Shown here piece by piece: positions 26,656-39,280 of a DNA stretch of 64,000 bases. The notes beneath the pieces are model-generated. The model saw only the letters and a list, made by a program, of their open reading frames with translations. It searched no databases and was not told where the DNA came from. The translations under genes were made by a program, and so were the position numbers. This stretch comes from Phoronis australis. Taxonomy: Eukaryota > Animalia > Phoronida. The DNA lies in NCBI GenBank assembly GCA_002633005.1, contig NMRA01000326.1:214680-278679 (forward strand), read 5' to 3'. Positions within the stretch are counted from its first letter, which is position 1. Each line of letters starts with the position of its first letter.

Positions 26656-26915
26656 ATGCCTGACCGTTGTGTAGTTGGAGACTGTGGCAATACGCCAAGA
26701 ACTGGTGTATCTTTACACAAGTTTCCCACTGATCCAAGACTGCGTCGCAAGTGAGAAGACTTTGCGAAGTCCACGTGTGGAGCGTCGCCGTATTCGGTAG
26801 TATGTAGCGAACATATTTCTATGGATTGCTTCTAGAACGACAACCTGTGATACGAGTATGGTTGTAAACCAGAATGAGTGAACTTGTAGAGAGTAAACGG
26901 TAGATGCCGTCGCTT
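26656..26915 (+). pseudogene. degenerate THAP domain
   Basis: MPDRCVVGDCGNTPRTGVSLHKFPTDPRLRRK*EDFAK...VVCSEHISMDCF: C2CH zinc ligands, FP, and W mutated to stop. Confidence 0.75.
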
Positions 26916-27949
26916 TCCAGAAGCTAGTGGGCCTTGAGCTAGTATTAACAACCTAACATTCAAAACGGCGGATAGCATCGACGGACACTGTCCGACAGGA
27001 TTAGTGCTAGAAGTAATCAGTAGATTGCTTTTCTTTTGAATTACAGTTTTTGCTACATTCCGGTAAGTGTTTGCAGGTGGATGGGCTGAATAGGTTGAAA
27101 CTCGTTATCTGTCTATGCAATCCATTGAATTTTAGCTCTTCGATCGCTAGCTGGACTAAATGAACTGTAAGTGTAGGGCTGTACAATCGATTTTTTTCGA
27201 TTTGCAAAAGTACTTCAATGTAATCGGAAAAATAATGCATCCCACTGTTATTGTTTACAATCCGACTCCATTAACGTACATACTTAATACTACTATTTTC
27301 TGAATCCTCTAGTCATGGTGATTGTACTGATTGGTCGATTATTATTCACAATTTCCGAGTTTTTCCAAAGCGTTCATTTGTAACGCGGCAGGATTGATAA
27401 CTAACGGTTAACTGGGAGATGTCAAGTGTTTTCGAGAACGACATTTGTCCGCGAGAATGTTGTACTTCAACTTGGAATCCTCAAGAATAAGCGGAAGTGA
27501 GTGTTGCGTGAACTTGAAATTCCAAGATCAAGCAAGTGATCTTGAGATTAAGCAAACTGCCAAACCCCGTACGTGAACTTGGAATCTTGCGTGAACTTGG
27601 AATTAAGCGGCTGCCTGGCACACAATCACAGAACAAGGCTCTTGGGCTGAAATGGTTACTGAATCGGTAGGCTACGGAGAGAAAAGATTTCTAAAAAATC
27701 GAGATAAAGCTTCCGTGGCCTGGTCATGAATACTGGTTAGTACCGAGGGACTGGAATAAAAAATCATTTAAGAACTGTATTGTGATTACATGTTCCCTAA
27801 GTTATGCATCGGGCACACAAGGTCATAGCCACACGGCTACGGTGGCCATTTGAGTCGTATTATTTTCTGTGTTGCTGCCTATTTCAATATAAAAATAAAG
27901 CTGGATGCTTGAATTTAGTGCCTGGTTGACGTTTGATCAAGGGGTGAAA

Positions 27950-29310
27950 TAAACATTCTCTAACTGGCTGCATTACATTTTAAATGTTTTTTCTATTACC
28001 TTTAGAGCACTTCTGAGCGCATTCGCAGTTCTTTCTACCTAATTCCGTGTTTAAGCAAGCCACACTGGTTGCTTAAACTTGGAATAATTTCTTCTCTAAA
28101 AAATTCGCGATGTGAACCAAACCTTCTCTTAATGATAGCAATACAATGTAAATGCATTTTCTATTACTTTATTTCTGCTTTTGTTGATAAAGGAAGTTAT
28201 TACACCCGAAAATTTCAAATTTCAGTTGATCCATTCTTGTTGTTTTATTTACCGAGTTCTATTACTTTCGAACACCTATGAATGCATTCGCAGTTGTTTT
28301 CTACCCAATTCCAAGTTTAAGCAAGGGCGTGGCTCGCTTCAACTTGGAATAACTCAATTTCTTCTTCACAAAAACTCACGCGGTGAACCAAACATTCTCT
28401 GACTGGTCGCAATACATTTTAAATGCTTTTTTCTATTACCTTTAGAATACTTCTGAGCGCATTCGCATTTTTTAACCCCGTAAATTCAAAGTTTAAGCAA
28501 GATACGCCCTTGCTTTAACTTGGAATACCAGTAATTCAATTTCTGCTTTATAAAAAATCCCATAGTGAACCAAACATTCGGTAACTGGTTGCAAGACATT
28601 TTAAACGCATTTTCTAATAATTTTGGAACACTTCAGTTTTTTCTACCCAATTCCAAGTTTAAGCAAGGGCGTGGCTCGCTTAAACTTGGAATAATACAGT
28701 TTCCGCTTTACAAAAAATCACGTGGTTAACCAAACATTCGTTCACTTGTTCCAATACATTGTAAATGCATTTTCTATTACTTTTGAAACATCCCTGAATG
28801 CATATCGTAGTTTTTTGTACCCAATTCCAAGTTTAAGCAAGCCACGCCCTGGCTTAAACTTTCTTTACAAAAAATCGTGTGGTGTAGCAAATATTCTCTG
28901 ACCAGTTACAGTATGTTATAAATGCATTTTCTATTACGTTTGGAACACCTCTGAATGCATTCTCAACTGTTTTCTACCCAATTCCAAGTTTAAGCAAGCT
29001 ACGCCCTTGCTTAAACTTGAAATGATTGTTTATTAGATTTACAAAATCACTTAGTGAACCAAACATTTTCTGGCTGGTTAAAATATGTTGTAAGCACAAC
29101 TTTTTTCTGATCTTAAGACTTTATTGAACACGTTAACAATTATTTTCTTCCGAATTCCACGTTTAAGCAGGCCGTTTTATTTTCGCTTTACAATCCCTTT
29201 GTTGTGAATTAAGCATTCCCTGAAAGATTATAAGACATTATGAACAATTTTTTTCTATCCCTGTAAATTATTGGCGATTAATTTTTACCCAATGCCAAGT
29301 TTAAAAGATG
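27950..29310. repeat. tandem array of ~170-bp units, each with an 18+7+18 bp palindrome
   Basis: Left arm ATTCCAAGTTTAAGCAAG starts at 28042, 28308, 28484, 28650, 28824, 28981, with degenerate copies at 29154 and 29292; further decayed units near 29870-30110. Confidence 0.9.
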
Positions 29311-29560
29311 ACTGTAGTAAAAATAATGCAGCAGTAAACCGGCTCTAACATACACATAAGACTTAAATTTGCCCGAGTTGCGCTCCAAACAAAACTGACT
29401 CACATTTTATTATAAAAACACTAATGCTGACAGCAATCTCTGATTGGCTGATATGTCAGTGGTTGACAGGGCATCGACTGCTTATCACATATTTCTGCTC
29501 CATATTGGAGCATTGAGTGGATAGAGTTTACATTGCATTTTAAAATTGTAGCACCGATTC

Positions 29561-29715
29561 CAGTGGCAGATTTAGAGGGGGGCCAAGGGGGCCATGGCCC
29601 CCCTAAAATTCTCCAAGATTCCATTGGGCAGTTCGGTAGTGCCAATGTCTGACAGGCAAAACCCTGGCTAATACTCTGCCTTGCCCCCCAACTCAAAATC
29701 CTGGATCCTCCCATG
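29561..29715. mobile_element. MITE (hAT5-like), subfamily B short form
   Basis: CAGTGGCAGATTTAG...CTGGATCCTCCCATG; flanks GATTC/GATTT; close homologue of 43612-43774. Confidence 0.75.
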
Positions 29716-30699
29716 GATTTTTATTATTTACTGTTTGCCAGTGTTTTAAAAAATTCTCATGCCTTTTTGTATGGCACCTAGTTGTTCAAACTATGCGAAA
29801 AAGGTGTCGTCGAAGAGGGCGGACATACAACACAATCCGTTGCCCTTGCCGTGATACAAAGCTGTATGCTAAATTAATTCAAAGCAAAATACTGTTCCCT
29901 TTAATAAGCAAACTTGGAATCAATGTCTTTTCATTTCACAAAAAACTAAGTGGTGAAGCAAGCTTTCTCTCGCAGATTACAATAAACTGTAAACGCAATT
30001 CCTGTTCTTGAGACAACTCTAACACATCAGCAATGTCTTCTACATAATTTCAATTTTCACCAGTACTTAAACAGTATGGGGTTTCCCATTTTCAATTGTA
30101 TAAAAAATTTTAATACCTTTAATGAGACACTTTCATAGTCAAAAATGAAATTCTCGAGTTGGGCCCATTCTTTTTGGGAAGCTCAGGGGGCAACGGAAAA
30201 CATGTTCTCCATGTTAGTGCAGGTGGATCGTAGTCTCTCACTGGAGATGATGTATGTTACAAGGAAAATGGTGGGTAGTTTTTAAAGATATTTAAAAATA
30301 AGAATTTGACTTTGCTTTAACAATATCTGCATGGACAGGTCTAAGTTTTTATTTTTTCCAACATACCACCAAATTATAATACAACATAAAACATACTCTG
30401 TAAAGATACGAAGGCTGGCATACAGTATTTTTCAAACTAAACTACACAATGTCGTATTTGTTTCTTTTCCAATAGAATCCAATCCAATTCTAGCTAAATT
30501 TCAACAAAAACAATTTATTGCGCAAGACCAGTCCCAAAAAAATTAAGGATTAGACAAAATGTCGAAATTCAACTCTGACAAAAGTTCGACTACGTAAACT
30601 GACAAATTATTCTGGTTAGAAGTTTATCCAAATTTGGCAGTCTTGGAAACTTCTGTTGAAGTCTGTCTGTTGGCATCAGGTGATACATAGTTACATCTA

Positions 30700-30765
30700 A
30701 AAGGCTCTCTGTCCCCACCAAGGTTTGAACCCAGGACTTTCTGCTTACCCGTTAGCCAACACCTG
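30700..30765 (-). mobile_element. tRNA-derived repeat fragment
   Basis: Minus strand AAAGTCCTGGGTTCAAACCTTGGTGGGGACA: B box/T-arm. Confidence 0.5.
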
Positions 30766-32267
30766 ATGTGATCAACATATGGCGTATGTGAAGACCAACA
30801 GTTATACGACATCATTCACTGCGCAGTAAAAGAAAAGTGTTCAAGCATCAGGTTAAGGTTATGGGAGATCCTAGACAAATGTCTAAACTTGGTAAGGCGG
30901 AAAACATATCTTGCCAATGGTTAATAGGATTCCAATAAAAACTTTCAGATCTTGTACTTTATGCACTTTTCCCCATCAGGCTTTTAGATTGTCTTTTGAC
31001 TGATCTACTTTGGCATGGGAGGGCTAGCTAAAATAGGGGCTTTCAGTTATTTCATGAAAAACTCAAACATTGATTAAAACGAGAAGGGTTACTAAAAAAA
31101 CAGAATCGGCATTTTTCAGATTCCATCTTGAACATTTATACAAAAAGAAAATCGGTCATGTTATCTACTCCACTGTTTTGTTATGAATGTATTCCCTTTT
31201 CCGGAATCTTATTAAAATATGGTCAAGGGACCCAATTAATGGCAGATTGATATATAAAGTCATTATATACAGACTCTCTACTTTCATGAATTAAAGTAGT
31301 GTTTTAGAAAGTTAAATTCCAAAGTTTGTAGATATTTGTCAGTAAGGTGCCACATAACCTTATGTCCTGACATTAAATTTTGGGTTGCTCATGCTGTTTC
31401 ATTACATGACAACTAATACTTCTGTCCTTTGATTGTCTGGAGCACAATTTGATAATTTTGACCCACCACCCTGTGGAATAACACTTTTCATTTACGCCAC
31501 CAGGATGTCACGCAACTAGCAATGCGACCAATCAAATACCATGAAAATCATAAACCCTGACAACAAAGTGAGCAGACAATGTCAGTACATCAAACTTAGC
31601 ATTAAAGAAGCATCAGTAGCCATTTAATAAAAGAAATATAGACTGATCATTAGGTTACATAGACCTGAGAGGGACATATGCTGCATTTAAGGTGATTGAT
31701 TCATTGGCAAGCAGCTTCAAATGCTGTAACAACAATGAAATGGGGTCCTCCAACTTTGGCTAATCTGTTGACCTACAGACAGGGCACAGTAGCACGAATG
31801 GTTATCACCGATTCTGTGTAAGCGATAAAGATGTTCACTAACATGTTCTGTCAATGAGACAAGTTGTGTGTCCCTGATTTAGTAGCTTGAACGTGCTGTG
31901 TCAGTTGAGGGCAACTCTTCCTCTTATCCATGACTTTCTGGAAGACAGGAAGCTGCTTGGAACCTGTTTAAAATAAGTAGAATAGTTTAAATTCCTTTTA
32001 TGCAAACACGATAATCAATCAAAAATACGCATTACAGACAAAATTGTTTTCATGTTGACGTGCATAATACCTGTGAAAAATACATATACAACGAGTATTG
32101 AAAAGTGAAAAAGGATCCAGATTTATTGTCAATAGTTGAATGTTGTATCTATAAGAAAATCAAGTAATTGGAAAATCTATTATTCTCTGTTTCCAGATTT
32201 TGACAATTTATTTGTCAGCACATTGAAACAGGATCACTCATCGCATTCATGTATTTTATGTACTATA

Positions 32268-32564
32268 CAGGGGCGGATCTAGGATACCATACATGTTGCC
32301 TCAGGGAATTGGGCAAAGCGCGATCCTATATGCACAGGGGGCCCGAAAGTTGTGGGAGCTGAGGATGAGGACCTTCTGTTCAGAAAATTTAACGGTGGAC
32401 TAAAAAAAACGGAAACACGATTCCACCGCAATGTGGGATCTGAGCCCCCCCATCCGCTACCAGTCCTAATTAGTGAACTCTCTTTTTCTTCGCACTTCAC
32501 GCTCTTTCTGTTTCATTTTGCTGGCGGCAGCCAAGGGGCGGGAGGGGGTGGGCCCCCGCCTATG
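32268..32564. mobile_element. MITE with 5-bp TSD (hAT5-like), subfamily A
   Basis: CAGGGGCGGATCTAGG...CCGCCTATG; TSD CTATA both sides. Confidence 0.8.
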
Positions 32565-35092
32565 CTATAGACAACTAAATACAACCTATAAATGAAAGCG
32601 TTGATGGATCAAACACGTTCCTGATAGAAGACAACCTTCAAGGACAATGACAACCGCATAAAAAGCTGAAAATCACCTATCTTGCATAACGAAAAAACAT
32701 TAACACAACTTAGATATGTCATTACCTCTGTATGCTCCTCTCTCAAATGGAAACATTTGTATCAAACATTAGTGTATGCCACCATGTTTCAGTCCAGTTG
32801 TTAAATGTTATCAACTGTATTTAGAGACGTCGACAACCTGCAAAAGATGCATATGCATATGTTACCTCACTCAGTCTAACATGGTTGATTTTCAAACAGC
32901 GAATGCTGGGCAGTGGTTTGTAAGCTATTGTGCCAAAGCAAGTGGTATGGACAGTATTATTTCACTGGGCCACTTTTATCTGTCTTTACATACTTTGGCG
33001 TAATGTTATGTGGGTCTGTACTGAGCAGAGAAAGGCAAAAGTATCGTAGGCCAGAAAAGTCTAATCATCTCTATGAGAACATTCAAAACCTGTCAACAGA
33101 ACTTCAGAGAGTTGTGTTCTGTAACTTTTGTCATATTGCCATCAATATTTAGACCTGATGACATCACACAGCATACCAATGAAAAACTAATTTTCACTAA
33201 ATTGCACGTTTAAAAATGAAACAAGTATTTCCACTTTATTTGCCAAAAATAACGCTTTTACTCAACAAGCGTTATCTGAACTTCTTCCTTAATCAGATAA
33301 GAAAGAATTACATATCCCTGCTTAGGCCGTCATGCTGACAACGATTGGAGATGGCATAAGTGAGATATAAATGAAAACACTTCCACCAATTACGAGCAAA
33401 TTGCGAGCTCCAAGCACTGGCGTATACACGGGATGTGAGGTGGCAGGTACAACGGGGCATGACAAACTATTCAATGCAAATCCCCTCTCGGTACGGTACA
33501 TTCATTGTATCCTAGCTCTTAATGATCTTAATCCTTTTCATTGCAAAGATCCCAGATTGCCAGTCATTTCAGCCCCTCGGTCACAAACCCAACCATCCCA
33601 GTCAAACCATCTTTGGAAACAATTACCAAGACTAGAATAACATACAGAATGGGCAATAAAAATAATTAAAGCAGAAACAATAACTCACGACAAACGAATT
33701 CATGTCCACCATTCGAAATTTTAGTTAACAGTTGCACACTAGATGTCGCAAGTGCTTGCTTAATCTCAAGATCACTTGCGTGAACTTGGAATAGAAATTT
33801 TTCATGATTCCAAGTTGAAGTACAAGAACACACACTCTCGTGTTTTTTCTAATGAAGTTTTGAAGAGGGAATCCTTTATAAATGACTATTACTGTTTCTT
33901 ACTCAGAGTTTCCCTAACATGCCACGCGGTATTTTCAACATACTAGCCAATTTTGGGGTCTTTTTGACACAAGCGTGAGCGTTGTAGTTATCATTCCTGC
34001 CGACAGTTGTCGCAGTTTTATAATGGCGGTCACTCGAGATCGGCTGCCGCAAATGAACACCTCGTAAAAACGGTGAATGCATGAATAAAAAGAGCCTAAT
34101 CGGTACGAGTAATACATTTTTGGAATCACCATGATCACTAATGACGAGAGGATTCAGAAAATATTAATATCAAGTATGTACGTTAATGGAGTCGGATTGT
34201 AAACAATAATCCATCCCACTCAATAAAATTGAAAAATTATCAAAATCGGGCACATTTATTGCAATTTTGATGTCGAAATTTGAGTCATTTGTTTGGATCT
34301 GGTTGGCCATCTTGGACAACAGCGGCATAAGTTACGAGTTTAAAACCATGCATAATTTATTTTCACCAATAATTTACGATGAAATTTAGTGAGAAAGATC
34401 TATACCTACTATTCTGAGCTATTCAATAGTTTTCACTGGATTTCAGCCAAGCAGATGTTACTTATTGAGTGATAAAAATGCTCACAATTCCCGTTGGACT
34501 CATTTCCGGCGGCACCGACAACATGTCGACTTCTGCTGAACTGAAGGGCATGTTCAATCGGCTTGTTTGTACTTGGTGAAATCTTAATTTTGCTACATTT
34601 TGATGAAAGCTGCTACAAAAAAGCAACTTTGCACAATATTTATGTTTTTGTGCAAAAATATAAGGAATATTCTAATTATTGCAGTGTGAATATCAAATTC
34701 AGTTGACCATACACTCAGCTTGAAAACAGTTGAAAAAGTTTTGATATCGTTTTTCTTTGAAAGTCAATTGCACTTCAAGGTTTGATTATGTGTCACAACA
34801 TAATTCGTATTTTTCTAAATTTTAGGTATGAATCGTTCTTTCAATACATGCGTTATAACTTCTTGCTTTCTTAATTATCAAGGCCCAAAATGTAAAGGCT
34901 CTTAATTAGAGTAATCGGCCATGTTGGATTGTGAAGCTTCCAGCTCCAACCCTTTTTCCATGCAACTTCTTATTTTTTTAAATCATGCTTCTAATGTGAG
35001 GAAATACCTGGTCGCCATGGTGATAGTTAGGCATATCCACTTTCATATCATGTAAATTTGACTTGTTGTTCAAAAACGTTTGTAATGCTTAA

Positions 35093-36768
35093 AGGAGCAT
35101 GCCACCCAAAAAACAACCTATTTTGTATCAATTTAGATCGAGTAGTTCTACTCCCTAACGACACGTACGGTTGCGTTACCTGACACCTGACGGCAGACGT
35201 AGGTGTTGAAATTATCCAATGACGTCATCGGTTTCACACGCAGTCTGTTCAGCAGGTCACAACACGGGTTACTGGTGTCAGCTTATCGCTTGAAGTGATC
35301 ATTTAACACCAATAAATCATCATACTTCGATGTAAAACCCTTAAAAATACACCGAGTTCTTATAAAAACGTGTTGTTTTATTTCGCTCTTACGGATTTAT
35401 TGGTATTTGGACACACCATAGCCTACAAAGTTCGGCAGGCCAATAAGGTCGGTAGTAGGAGTTTGGGGTCTGTTCGGAGATAATTTCGAAGTACTTTCCG
35501 TGAGATACAGACAGGAGAACCTAGATCTGTGTTGTTTAGACTTGTGATTTTTTGAGTTCTAAACACAAAACGCTTGTTATCCTGGCCAGTAGCTTGAAGC
35601 CCAATCAGGCCCGTCGCGGCCGGCCGGATCGACTCGTTATCCTGGCGGCCAGTGGCTCGGAAACTGATCAGACATCACGAACATAAACCAGTCAAAGTTC
35701 AGTGGAAACTAAACTTCCAGTCAAGAAAATACTATACTAGTGAGCCAAAATAATGTGCACCTGATTATGTTGGTGAATTAGCCACGAAACTGCAAATCTA
35801 CTTACTCGTCGGGGGCCGCGAAGGCCGTGTTTCGCTTTGGCTACAGCACCGTCAGGGCAGAAGTTTTACATTGACAATCATTATTTGAGTAATGTAAATG
35901 TAAATAAAGATTCCCCTAACACCTGGCCGTGGGATGGAAATCGAGCTGTTTCACAACAGTTTCTGCCAGCAAACACTTAATTAGCATAAGCTCACACGGC
36001 CTCGGTGTCCCGTCAATTAGTTTTATTGCACCTTCAGCCGCGGTAACGCAGTGATTTATTCATTGCTGGCTTCTCAAATCATTTGCACTCACGAACACTC
36101 CAAAGGCATTACAAATTGCATCTAATGAGACAGACTTTGTTTCAGTTTTATATAAGTATTGGTTAGGGTGAGAATAATTCATTTTGAAAAAGAACGCTCA
36201 GTAATAAACGCCAACATGGCAATTCGCAATCCCGACTTAGGACGAGCTAGAGCTCATCAGTCCCGACTTTGCAGGTGGTTCGTTAAGTTTTACAAGCTAT
36301 CAATTCGAACAGGAATACAGTGATGAAGAAATACTAGAGAGGCGCCGTGAACAAGCTCAGACAAAGGAACGTATGGAGTTATTTGGTAAGCCGGCATTCG
36401 TCAGGCACTGTCGACGTCTGCAGGCCACAGACACGGAGATGTTTCACGGCCTCATACTTGCTATTTACAGCGTATATTTCATACTTCAGTACCATGAGCC
36501 ACTTCCTAAGCATTTCGGACTCTCGAGGAAGTAAACAAAAAACGATATACCCGCTTAATTTAGTTCGGACAAGCGGGAACGATGCACTGCAACATAGCGG
36601 CATTCACTCTGCATATGAACCACTGACGTCGCTAGCGTCGTTTCTCACCTTCCTCACAGGTTAACGCGACACCTCTTGGCAAGGTAAGATCGACCGTATG
36701 CAAGGCGAAGTGGATATATACCGATTAAGACGGCAAAAAAGACTAATTAAAGCGGGTGGCATTCTCCT
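35093..36768 (-). mobile_element. Kolobok family 1, copy 1 (non-autonomous, THAP + KolX stubs)
   Basis: TTAA|AGGAGCATGCCACCC ... GGGTGGCATTCTCCT|TTAA; THAP remnant on minus strand 36379-36650; YQFEQEYSDEEILERRRE on plus strand near 36298-36350. Confidence 0.88.
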
Positions 36769-37834
36769 TTAAATGTTCTAAAGTACTGTGCATTCTAAGT
36801 TGCTTATTTTGGTAAAAGATCATTTGACTCACATTTAAACTTTACTGTACTGAAATTATTTCAGTTGTGACTTATTATTTCAATAGATTAACACATGAAT
36901 TTAAAAAGCCAAGTTCAGAAGACTTCCATTTCAAGTGTACTTGTAATTCTGTCATTGACATTGCCACCTCCACTCAAATTTCAATTATATATGTGGTTAA
37001 ATTAAAAGGTGTTTCCCTTTTTACTCACTGCTGAAAATGAAAAAAAAATGAAAACTGCAATATTTTGTATTAGGCTTGATTATCTGTGATACTCTGGTCT
37101 TTACATCTCCTTAGCGAAAAACAATTGAATTATGCCAACAAATGGACTTGAAAGGAATTATCAAATGAAGCAAGCAAAATTTTGGAGGGTTGACTGCTTG
37201 TAGCCACTGCAATACACAGCTGTCATCCTCATCTGACATCACAGACGGTTATGTAACCACATATGCCTGTTCTCAGAATTGTCTCGGCTGAAGTCGAAAA
37301 AGGTCATTACTGCTGGGCTTTTCTCATTAACCAAGCTGTGTGGACAAGAACTGCTCTGTACAACAGATTCACTCAGTGCTATTATTTGTTTTGAAAAGCA
37401 GTTGTTTTGGTGTGAAAATATGTCTTTAAGATATTTTCGGGAGATGAGGAACTCAAGACGTAAAGCTTAATAATTGTCAAATGTATCAAAGAAATGGTAT
37501 AAGAATATTGTATTGAAACTGAAAAAATGAATAACAGTTACAGAACACTCAGAATTCCACGTTATAGGCCTACTCTTGTAGTTGTAGCGACAGCAGACGA
37601 TAATGTAGTTGCTGGGGGTTGTCTCAGCGCGACTTTGCGTGGTTTTGCATTTCACGTCATAAAGAGTTCCATAGCAACTCGAGTATGAGTCTCAGATTTG
37701 AGTACGTTTGGAGTCAACTAGAAAAGCGACATTAGATACGCGTTTTTGAGTACGACTCCAGTGAGCACGATTTTAAGCATGAAATCTCGAATATGAATAT
37801 GAGTCTGAGTACGGAGATTGGCGACCGGGCCCAG

Positions 37835-38564
37835 GTTTCGAAAGTGTTGGTGAGGCAGTCATCGATGATCGCTGAAAGGGTGACAAAGACAAAATAAGGC
37901 CATTGTGGCGCAGATGAGAAAGCTTATAGGCAATAGTGCGTACGGTAAGACAATAACCAATCACGAAGCGCCTTGTGACGTCAAGTCTTGGGGAGAAGCC
38001 AAAGCTCAAAGTGAGGCTCACTTCTTGGCATTCAGATTTGCCAACTGCAGAACATCGGGAATGGAACCCAAGAACCTAAGAATTAAAAAATGAAAAACAA
38101 TACCATCTACACGAATATTCCACTCCAAATAGGATTTTTTGTCGACCGGTACGCCTCATACTAAATTCGGTTTCGAATATTGTAAGATGGACACAGATTC
38201 GGCGTACATGACCGTATCAAGTAATTTTCTGGGGATGGAATCAAATCAAACTCGAGCCGGGTTTGACAAGGAAAACGACATGCGCACGCCTGGTTTACTG
38301 AAGCTTGAATTCGAAGAGGACCACTGCATGGTACTATGCTCTAAAATATGTCACGGGGAGGCCAACTTCACTTAGCTGCAAAGGGGTATGCTACGACAGA
38401 GAAAGGACTTTCTAAGCCTTGCAGACCACGAAGAGTAGGTCGGCCCAGAACAAAAGATTTTGACCAAACGGCGATAACACCATGTATACGCATTTGCAAG
38501 AGAGGTGTGAATTTATATATTTTTACCGAAAAAGAGAGATGCTCGAAGACGGTTTCACACCCTG

Positions 38565-38565
<1 letters not shown>
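37835..38565 (+). pseudogene. Polinton/Maverick-type protein-primed DNA polymerase B, degenerate C-terminal fragment
   Basis: Ordered motifs across frameshifts: KLIGNSAYGKTITN (motif B), IPLQIGFFV, FEYCKMDTDSAY (motif C), RTPGLLKLE, MVLCSK, YFYRKREMLEDG. Confidence 0.85.

Positions 38566-38602
<37 letters not shown>
38565..38602. repeat. (TA)n(CA)n microsatellite
   Basis: Direct reading. Confidence 0.9.
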
Positions 38603-38603
<1 letters not shown>

Positions 38604-39280
38604 AAACGTACCAAGAGTGGCGTACATGAAGTAATATCCCACGAGACATTATTCCGCGTATTGACCGAGACCGAAGTACGTTCTGAATTTGTCCCATACG
38701 CTTCGAATTCCTAAGTTTTTTCATTTTTTCAGCAGATTTTTTAAATACTTCATTCAGACTGTTCACGTGGAGGATCACATCCTATATGTAAGTATTTGTG
38801 CGTTAGGTTACAAGTTTTCTCCAGTAAAAGGAACAGTTTTAAATGTAACGATTTATTACTTGAAAAGAGATAACAGAGATGAAAACAACGGTAACTTTGC
38901 ACTGAACTTGTAACATCTCATGAAAAAAGTTAAAGTTAGATGTTCTAGTTTCCGAGGAATTGGCGCCTGAGTTGCAGACGATATAATATTTAGCAAATGA
39001 AATCTGAGACAGAATGTCATATAATTAACAGTGTCCTGTTCCAGAAGTTACTACTGAGACCTGATTGCATGTTGAGTGTTATTTACACTGCTACAATTGT
39101 ATTACTTTAAACCAGTTTCCAAAAGTTTGATGATCAAACCGACTAACGACGTCGAGTCGACATTGCCCTACCTTTTGAACATATCAGAGGTCACTGTTGA
39201 ATTAGTGCGGGAGGTGAATACGGAAAAAATTATTACATGGCCGTATTTCCCTCGACAGATTCAACGCGTATAGGAAACAA
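38601..39280 (+). mobile_element. hairpin-ended non-autonomous element family X, copy a (Crypton/Helentron-like architecture)
   Basis: Collinear inverted homologue of 45351-46070; terminal imperfect hairpin followed by TTTGTCCCATACGC, whose inverse closes the other end. Confidence 0.65.

Larger units (their letters stand above)
27247..34211. mobile_element. 7-kb MULE/Foldback-like non-autonomous element
   Basis: Perfect 9-bp TSD CATCCCACT (27238-27246, 34212-34220); ~75-bp terminal inverted repeat plus a second inverted block (27460-27555 versus 33755-33825); G...C termini. Confidence 0.8.
25515..37831. mobile_element. 12.3-kb PIF/Harbinger-like non-autonomous element with nested insertions
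   Basis: ~380-bp TIRs (25515-25900, 37463-37831) starting GGCCCGGTC; CAG on both flanks (25512-25514, 37832-37834), a CWG-type 3-bp TSD. Confidence 0.75.

Noticed and set aside
27950-29310. CRISPR-array interpretation of the regularly spaced palindromes
   Set aside because: The intervening sequences are homologous to each other rather than unique spacers, the period is ~170 bp, the context is eukaryotic and no cas genes are present
38601-39280. Polinton terminal inverted repeat next to the pPolB fragment
   Set aside because: Its inverted partner lies on the side away from pPolB, and no AG-repeat terminus or 6-bp TSD is seen
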